A model generated the notes under the pieces. It made no database searches and was not told where the DNA came from. It saw nothing but the letters and a program-made list of their open reading frames with translations. A stretch of 32,000 bases of DNA from Opitutia bacterium KCR 482 (GTDB taxonomy: Bacteria > Verrucomicrobiota > Verrucomicrobiia > Opitutales > Intestinicryptomonadaceae): contig CP149973.1 in the NCBI GenBank assembly GCA_029269845.2, positions 1,110,001 to 1,142,000 of the forward strand. Reading direction: 5' to 3'. This document shows positions 26,416 through 32,000 of this stretch, piece after piece (position 1 is the first letter of the stretch; each line of letters starts with the position of its first letter). The translations under genes and the position numbers were made by a program.

Positions 26416-28005
26416 TCATTCGGAAATTCGCGTAAAATACGGAAGCCGCTCTATGGGCGCGTCTATCTTCACGGTTCTGCCGCCGTCGAACACATTGCCG
26501 AGTTCGTCGCGCCACTTGCCCTTGGGCAGGCGCACGGTTCTGAAATCTTCTTTCGTGACGACGGGAGCGACAAGGTATTTGTCGCCCAGCATGAACTGGT
26601 CCACGACATCGGCAAGCCCCTCGTTCGGGAATTGGTATTCCATGGCGCGAACGATAGGCTCGGCGGTTTTTGCGCTATGGCGGGCAAGCTCCAAAATATA
26701 GCCCGCAAACTTGGTGTGGAGCAGCGCGGCGTCGCGGCAGAGGTCGAGGTGCTTTTTGTCGAGAACGCGCCACGGCGCGAGCGAAAACTGCATCATGGGC
26801 ATCAACGCCGAAACCTGCGCGTAGCGCACAATCAGCCGCTGATCGAGCTTGGTGCGGTCGATGTCGGCAAAAGAGTTGACCTCCCCGCCGCCAATCATGT
26901 CGGGGCAAGTATAGGCGTAGCCGATAAGCCCCGCCGAGAGCATGTGCGGAACAAGCTTTTGCATGTCCTCCCAACGGCAACGCTTGTCGTGAAGCCTCTG
27001 GACGAGGGCTTTGCCGCCCATTTTCCACGTTGTGCGCATTTCGTTGTACTCGAAGCGGTAGCCCAGCTCGGCCCAGCCTTTCGTATAGTCGGACGGAGTT
27101 TTTTCGGGCGAGAAAAATTTTACGTTCGGGCTTTTCACATGGTGCGTGTCGCCGCCGTCGAACTTGAATCCGTCGATGTCGAAATCTTTTTGCAGCTTGC
27201 GCAGGCGGGCTTCCAAATGGTCTAGGGCTTTCGGGTTTGTGGTATCGTACGATGCGCTGAAACCGCTCCACCACGGAATTATTGCGGCGCGCTTGCGCTT
27301 TCCGTTTTTTTCCATGAGCAGCACGCCCGCCTTTTCCCATTCGAGAAACTCCGCCCCAACCGAGCCTACGAACGGCCCGACCCAGTAAATCGCCTTGTAG
27401 CCCATGTCGTGAATTGCCCTGTTGAGGGCTTTGGGGTCGGGAATTTTTTTTGCGTCGAAGTCGAGCATGCCGCAACATCTGTCCCAGCCGCCGTCAATCA
27501 TCAGCACGCCGCAGGGGAAGCCGTTTGCGGCGATGTCCCGCGCGTATTTCAAAATGTTTTCGGTCGACTGCTCCCTGACAAGCTCAATCCAAGTGTTGAA
27601 CTGCGGCTTTGTGAAAAATTCCTCGGGCGGAATCCTTCCGTCGGGGGCGAAATGCTTTTTTGCGGCAGCAAGAAATGCGTCCCTGAGAGTGCTTCCCGCG
27701 GCGACGGGTTCGAGCTTTTCGAAGTCGGAAGTCAGCGTGATTACGCCGTCTTTTGCGTCGAGCGCAAAGGGCTTTTCGCTCCAAACGTAGCGGCCTTTCG
27801 ACGAAAGCAGAAAGGGAGCCGCCTGATTCGCCATGTGCGAGACGTTCAAATCGACTTTTTTCTTCAAGGTCGAAAACGGCATCTGGTCGCCGAGCATTGT
27901 CGCCGCGCCGTACCATTTTTCGCCGTCGAGCGGAGTTATCGTCGAAACGTGCGCGGCAAAAAGCGACTGCGCCGCAAGCAGAAAGGGAATGAGTTTTTTT
28001 AACAT
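26416..28005 (-). CDS. Secreted GH31-family glycoside hydrolase
   Basis: The signal peptide is MLKKLIPFLLAAQSLFAA. The text is GH31-like: VLMIDGGWD, DIDGFKFDGGD, TCPDMIGGG and DQFMLGDKYLVAPVV...VRLPKGKWRD. Confidence 0.8.
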   Translation of the reverse strand: MLKKLIPFLLAAQSLFAAHVSTITPLDGEKWYGAATMLGDQMPFSTLKKKVDLNVSHMANQAAPFLLSSKGRYVWSEKPFALDAKDGVITLTSDFEKLEPVAAGSTLRDAFLAAAKKHFAPDGRIPPEEFFTKPQFNTWIELVREQSTENILKYARDIAANGFPCGVLMIDGGWDRCCGMLDFDAKKIPDPKALNRAIHDMGYKAIYWVGPFVGSVGAEFLEWEKAGVLLMEKNGKRKRAAIIPWWSGFSASYDTTNPKALDHLEARLRKLQKDFDIDGFKFDGGDTHHVKSPNVKFFSPEKTPSDYTKGWAELGYRFEYNEMRTTWKMGGKALVQRLHDKRCRWEDMQKLVPHMLSAGLIGYAYTCPDMIGGGEVNSFADIDRTKLDQRLIVRYAQVSALMPMMQFSLAPWRVLDKKHLDLCRDAALLHTKFAGYILELARHSAKTAEPIVRAMEYQFPNEGLADVVDQFMLGDKYLVAPVVTKEDFRTVRLPKGKWRDELGNVFDGGRTVKIDAPIERLPYFTRISE

Positions 28006-28084
28006 AAAATAGCGGAATGTTCTATGCGGAAATTTTGCCGCACCCGTTCCAAGAGGTCAAGCTTTTGTTTGCCGCGGCTGCGGG

Positions 28085-28171
28085 GCGTTCCGCGCGTCGC
28101 CCGAAGCAAAAATTCTCCCGACAGCCGGCTTCCGAGAAGCTCCGACGCCGACGCGCGGAACGCATTTTTTT
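28085..28171 (+). promoter_or_regulatory. Terminator-like hairpin in the hisH leader (candidate attenuator, or 3' end of a small plus-strand transcript)
   Basis: A perfect 15-bp GC-rich stem, GCGTTCCGCGCGTCG (28085-28099) with CGACGCGCGGAACGC (28149-28163). The 49-nt loop contains the sub-hairpin GCTTC-CGA-GAAGC. The stem is followed by A and a T7 run (28165-28171), 39 nt before the hisH ATG. Confidence 0.45.
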
Positions 28172-28209
28172 CTCGCAATTTGCGCCCCCCGATATTTCCT
28201 TGTTTCAAT

Positions 28210-28833
28210 ATGAAAAATGTTGCGGTTATCGACTACGGAATGGGAAATTTAATGAGCGTTCTCCGCGCCTGGCAGCGCGTCGGCGCGAACGCGCGAATCA
28301 TCTCCGCGCCGGCGGAAATCGCGGACGGCGACATTCTCGTATTCCCCGGACAGGGCTGCATTGTGGACACAATCAAGCTGCTCAAATCGACCGGTTTCGA
28401 CGACGCAATTCGCGGCTGGATTGCCGCCGACAAGCCGTTTTTCGGCATTTGCCTCGGCTTGCAGGCGCTCTTCGAATACTCCGAAGAGGGCGACGTCGAA
28501 TGCCTCGGAATTTTTAGGGGGCGCGTCAAAAAACTGCGGCTCGACAGAAAATTCAAAGTTCCGCACATGGGCTGGGACAACATCGCGTTCAAACGCGCGG
28601 GCAACGAAAAACTGCTCGGCGGAATCGACGACGCCGACCAGTTCTACTTCGTCCACAGCTACTTTGTGGATACGCCGCAAACGGAAATCGTGCTGGGAAC
28701 GACGGAATACGGCGGGCAGGCGTTTACAAGCGCAATCGCGCGCGGAAACCTTGTCGCCACGCAGTTCCACCCCGAAAAGAGCCAGTCGAAAGGCCTGCAA
28801 CTCTATGCAAACTTCCTCGCGAACGCGCGGTAG
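28210..28833 (+). CDS. hisH: Imidazole glycerol phosphate synthase, glutamine amidotransferase subunit (stand-alone)
   Basis: I place the start at 28210 (MKNVAVIDYGMGNLMSV), not at the track start 28024. The catalytic Cys is in FGICLGLQ and the His-Glu pair in QFHPEKS. Confidence 0.9.
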   Translation: MKNVAVIDYGMGNLMSVLRAWQRVGANARIISAPAEIADGDILVFPGQGCIVDTIKLLKSTGFDDAIRGWIAADKPFFGICLGLQALFEYSEEGDVECLGIFRGRVKKLRLDRKFKVPHMGWDNIAFKRAGNEKLLGGIDDADQFYFVHSYFVDTPQTEIVLGTTEYGGQAFTSAIARGNLVATQFHPEKSQSKGLQLYANFLANAR

Positions 28834-28887
28834 GATTTTTTTGTTGCGAAATTTCCGCAAATTTCAATGATAGTTTAAATTGTGAAC

Positions 28888-30270
28888 ATGACAAAACCCG
28901 AAAACGCAAAAATCACCTTAAACGAAAAGACTTACGAGCTTCCCGTCGTAGAAGGCACGGCGGGCGACAAGGGCATAGACATTTCGAAGCTCCGCTCGCA
29001 GACAGGCTACATTACGCTCGACGAAGGATTTGCAAACACAGGGTCGTGCAAAAGCGCAATCACATACATCAACGGCGAAAAGGGAATCCTCTGTTATAGG
29101 GGAATTCCGATTGAGGTGCTCGCGGAAAATTCGACATTCATCGAAACCGCCTACCTCATAATTTACGGAGAGCTTCCCACGCGCAAACAGATGAGCGCGT
29201 TCTCGCAAAAAGTGCTCCGCAACGCAAGCCTCCACGAGGGCATGATGCACTTCTTCGACGGCGGATTCCCGTTCACGGCGCACCCGATGGCGATTCTGTC
29301 GTCGCTGCTAAACTCGGTCGGCTGCTACTACCCCAACATGGTCACAAACCACAGGGAGCAAGACTTGGAGCACTTCGACGACGCCGCCGCGCTCCTGCTT
29401 AGCAAAGTCCGCACGATTGCCGCAATGGCTTACAGAATGAAAAACGGGCTGCCCCTCATCTACCCCAAGCGCGACTTGGGATACAGCCAAAATTTCCTGC
29501 ACATGATGTTCACCGAGCCGTACCACGAGTACTACCCGCACGACGACATCACGAAAGCCCTCGACCTTATCCTCCTGCTCCACGCAGACCACGAGCAAAA
29601 CTGCTCCACATCGACCGTCAGAATGGTCGCAAGCTCCGGCGCAAACCTGTTCGCCTCGGTTTCGGCGGGCGTGTGCGCGCTCTGGGGGCCGCTCCACGGC
29701 GGCGCAAACCAGCAGGTTATCCAGATGCTCGAAGAAATCCACCGCAGCGGCGACGACGGCAGCGCGTTCGTCAAGGCGGCGAAAGAGGGCAAGACGCGTC
29801 TGATGGGCTTCGGACACAGGCTCTACAAAACATACGACCCGCGCGCGAAAATCCTCCGCGCCGCGGCGGAAAAGGTGCTGAAAATCGTCAAGGTGAAAGA
29901 CCCGCTTCTCGACATCGCCCAAAGGCTCGAAGAAATGGCGCGAAGCGACGACTATTTTGTGTCGAGAAACCTCTACCCCAACGTCGATTTTTACAGCGGA
30001 ATCATTCTCAAAGCAATCGGAATGCCGACCGACATGTTCACGGTGATTTTCGCAATCGGCAGAATGCCGGGGTGGATTGCACACTGGCGCGAAGTGGCGT
30101 CGCAGACAAAGGGCAAAATCAGCCGCCCCAGACAGATTTATGTGGGCGCGCCGATTCGCGACTACGTGAAAATGCGCTACCGCGAGGGCGAAATCCCCTC
30201 GGATTGGGAGGACGACGACCACAAGTCCTACGGCGGCGGCTCTTCCGAAAACGCCTCCGCAAAAGCGTAA
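28888..30270 (+). CDS. gltA: Citrate synthase (type II) with a short acidic/Gly-rich C-terminal tail
   Basis: [28 protein letters not shown] and [11 protein letters not shown] are present. I prefer the ATG at 28888; the in-frame GTG at 28882 is an alternative start. Confidence 0.95.
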   Translation: MTKPENAKITLNEKTYELPVVEGTAGDKGIDISKLRSQTGYITLDEGFANTGSCKSAITYINGEKGILCYRGIPIEVLAENSTFIETAYLIIYGELPTRKQMSAFSQKVLRNASLHEGMMHFFDGGFPFTAHPMAILSSLLNSVGCYYPNMVTNHREQDLEHFDDAAALLLSKVRTIAAMAYRMKNGLPLIYPKRDLGYSQNFLHMMFTEPYHEYYPHDDITKALDLILLLHADHEQNCSTSTVRMVASSGANLFASVSAGVCALWGPLHGGANQQVIQMLEEIHRSGDDGSAFVKAAKEGKTRLMGFGHRLYKTYDPRAKILRAAAEKVLKIVKVKDPLLDIAQRLEEMARSDDYFVSRNLYPNVDFYSGIILKAIGMPTDMFTVIFAIGRMPGWIAHWREVASQTKGKISRPRQIYVGAPIRDYVKMRYREGEIPSDWEDDDHKSYGGGSSENASAKA

Positions 30271-30292
30271 TCAAACGCATTTGAAAATTCCG

Positions 30293-30320
30293 ACGCGCGG
30301 GCAACCGCGCGTTTTTTTTT
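30293..30320 (+). terminator. Intrinsic terminator after gltA
   Basis: The stem is ACGCGCGG/CCGCGCGT with a GCAA tetraloop, followed by a T9 run. Confidence 0.9.
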
Positions 30321-30424
30321 GCGCCCCCAGACGGCAACGCGCAAAGCCGAAGCTCGGAAGAAAACATTCCCGCCCCGCTCGGACGCCGCAAAACACACGC
30401 CGCCGCGGAAAAAAATCGGAATCG

Positions 30425-30454
30425 AAAAAAGCCCGCGAACCTTGCGGTTCGCGG
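30425..30454 (-). terminator. Intrinsic terminator after the feoB operon
   Basis: On the minus strand, the stem CCGCGAACC/GGTTCGCGG with a 4-nt loop is followed by GC and a T6 run. Confidence 0.8.
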
Positions 30455-30502
30455 ACTCGACAGCGTAATTATGATTAGAAGAAATATTTTCGCGAAGCGG
30501 TT

Positions 30503-30685
30503 TTAGCGTTTCTTTTCGGCGGAAATGTCCCAATGCTTGCCCGCCGCGCCGCAATGGCAACCGCCTTTGCACGCGCCGCCGCACGAGCACCCGCCGTTCG
30601 CCGCTTTTTTTATGCCGCGCGAAATCGTCATAATCGCGACATACGCGAGAATTACACCCAAGATAACGGATATTGCAGTTTCCAT
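30503..30685 (-). CDS. FeoB-associated Cys-rich small membrane protein
   Basis: 60 aa. One N-terminal transmembrane helix is followed by GGCSCGGACKGGCHCG. The gene lies 18 nt downstream of feoB. Confidence 0.8.
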   Translation of the reverse strand: METAISVILGVILAYVAIMTISRGIKKAANGGCSCGGACKGGCHCGAAGKHWDISAEKKR

Positions 30686-30703
30686 TTTATTTCCTTTCCT
30701 TTG

Positions 30704-32000
30704 TTATGAAATCAACTTTGTGCCGATGTTAAGCAGCGAACCGATTTGGTACACGATGAGAGTCGCGATGTACGCGAGGGCGAACAGCCCGAAGGTTTCG
30801 GCTATCGTGAGTTTCCAGGAGTTCAATTCGCGCTTCATGACGGCGAGTGTCGCCAAGCAGGGAATGGACATCAGCGAGAATAGCATCATACAGAAGCCCT
30901 GCAAGGGAGTGTAGACTTTTGCGAGCTTTTCGCGGAGCGTTTCGGACTCTTCGTCCGCTTCGCCCTCGGCGTAGAGAATGCCCAGCTGCGATACGAACAC
31001 TTCCTTTGCGGCGAGAGCGCCGATGCTTGCCGTGGTCAGCTTCCAGTCGAATCCGATGGGCGCGAACATGGGTTCGAGGAACTTTCCGATTCTGCCCGAA
31101 ACCGTGTATTCGAGCATTTCCGCGCTCTTTTCGTTTTCTATTGAAGCCACTTCCTCTTCGATTTTCTCTTCCGAAAGCTTCTTCGCCGCGCCCTCTTTCT
31201 GCACCTGTTCGACTATTGCGTCGTAGTCCTTCGAGAACACCGTCTTTTCGGGATACGTGTTGGCGATGAACAGGATTATCGATGTCGCGAGAATGATTGT
31301 CCCCGCTTTGTGGAGGTACATTTTACCTCTGTCCCACATGTGGAGCAAAAGGCTCTTCAACGTGGGCATGCGGTACGGAGGCAGCTCCATGAGGTAGACT
31401 TCGCCGTCGCCCTTGAAAAGCGTGTTGCGCATGAGCTTTGCCGCAAACAGCGCGACAACCACGCCTATTACGTACATCACCCACATCATCGCCGCCTGAT
31501 ACTGCGCCGCGAAGAACGCGGGGATAACGAGCGCGTAAATCGGAAGGCGCGCGCCGCAGCTCATAAGGGGAAGCACCATGACGGTAGCCTTGCGGTCGTT
31601 GTCCGATTCGATACAGCGTGTAGCCATAATCGCCGGAACATTGCAACCGAAGCCGAGAACCAGCGGGACAAACGAACGCCCCTGCAAGCCGAACTTCCTC
31701 ATGACGCCGTCCATTACGAACGCGGCGCGAGCCATGTAACCTGAATCTTCGAGAATTGCGATTGCAAAAAACAAAAACAGGATATTAGGCAGAAATACAA
31801 TCACGCCGCCGACACCCCCGATGATACCGTCGGTAACCATCGACCGCCAGAACGGAAGAGTGTCTTCGCTCCAAACCGACTGTACGAATTCGGAAAGGAA
31901 ACCGAAGCCCTCCTCAATCCAGTCCATAAACGGCTGGGCGCAGGTGAACGTGAATACAAACATCAAGTAAATAATGGCGAGGAACAGCGGGAGACCCACA
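30704..32000 (-). CDS. feoB: Ferrous iron transporter FeoB, membrane domain; 5' part lies outside the window
   Basis: The frame is open to the right edge of the window. The sequence is a polytopic gate-domain region (GRSFVPLVLGFGCNVPAIMATR ... LPPYRMPT), typical of the FeoB C-terminal half. Confidence 0.9.
   Translation of the reverse strand, partial: VGLPLFLAIIYLMFVFTFTCAQPFMDWIEEGFGFLSEFVQSVWSEDTLPFWRSMVTDGIIGGVGGVIVFLPNILFLFFAIAILEDSGYMARAAFVMDGVMRKFGLQGRSFVPLVLGFGCNVPAIMATRCIESDNDRKATVMVLPLMSCGARLPIYALVIPAFFAAQYQAAMMWVMYVIGVVVALFAAKLMRNTLFKGDGEVYLMELPPYRMPTLKSLLLHMWDRGKMYLHKAGTIILATSIILFIANTYPEKTVFSKDYDAIVEQVQKEGAAKKLSEEKIEEEVASIENEKSAEMLEYTVSGRIGKFLEPMFAPIGFDWKLTTASIGALAAKEVFVSQLGILYAEGEADEESETLREKLAKVYTPLQGFCMMLFSLMSIPCLATLAVMKRELNSWKLTIAETFGLFALAYIATLIVYQIGSLLNIGTKLIS

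Noticed and set aside
28017-28209. A classical his-type leader peptide upstream of the terminator-like hairpin.
   Set aside because: No frame in 28006-28209 encodes a short peptide with consecutive His codons. The in-frame extension of hisH from 28024 is Arg/Ser/Pro-rich and is not credible as coding sequence.
30190-30270. A C-terminal tail of about 25 aa on citrate synthase ([28 protein letters not shown]).
   Set aside because: It is a low-complexity acidic/Gly-rich tail beyond the conserved core. It is most simply a lineage-specific disordered extension, and no separate domain or recoding signal is visible.

Overview
This 32-kb window looks like ordinary chromosome from a moderately GC-rich bacterium whose genes mostly lack Shine-Dalgarno sequences. 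I cannot assign a lineage from sequence alone. I call 26 protein-coding genes and 2 tRNAs.

Minus-strand block at the left: tRNA-Arg(CCG), then parA, rnc, mfd and a SurA-like chaperone that is cut by the window edge.

Middle and right, in order:
- glgP
- a glycan-utilisation group: an unknown secreted 673-aa protein, a GH30-like gene and a beta-helix protein, with a GH31-like gene further on
- mazG plus a YgjP-type hydrolase
- glnS and ilvE
- a tightly overlapped plus-strand string: PaaI thioesterase, Sel1-repeat protein, small membrane protein, rsmA, alpha/beta hydrolase, DJ-1, polytopic membrane protein
- a GltD-family oxidoreductase, a DtxR/MntR-type repressor and tRNA-Gln(CTG)
- a stand-alone hisH, gltA, and a FeoB-associated Cys-rich peptide with a partial feoB

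I see no CRISPR array, transposase, integrase, or recognisable defence or toxin-antitoxin module.

The most unusual signal is noncoding and sits in the two long spacers flanking glgP (5916-6403 and 8906-9244).
- A structured element of about 140 nt upstream of glgP (6190-6330, +) has a diverged copy downstream in inverted orientation (8935-9076, -).
- By my hand alignment, 18 of about 30 substitutions between the copies fall in 9 compensatory base-pair changes. A 25-nt core is nearly invariant.
- Upstream of copy A is a dense array of hairpins punctuated by four G5-6 tracts spaced 42-44 nt apart. A C10 tract closes the region.

I could not match these to any RNA family signature I know. They may be an undescribed sRNA or leader family, or a REP/MITE-like structured repeat.

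Secondary oddities:
- a strong terminator-like hairpin in the leader of the orphan hisH
- a GH30-like gene that appears to lack the segment carrying the catalytic nucleophile
- an orphan parA coupled to rnc

All alignments, folds and homology calls were made by eye from the sequence and the ORF track. None has been checked by a database search.
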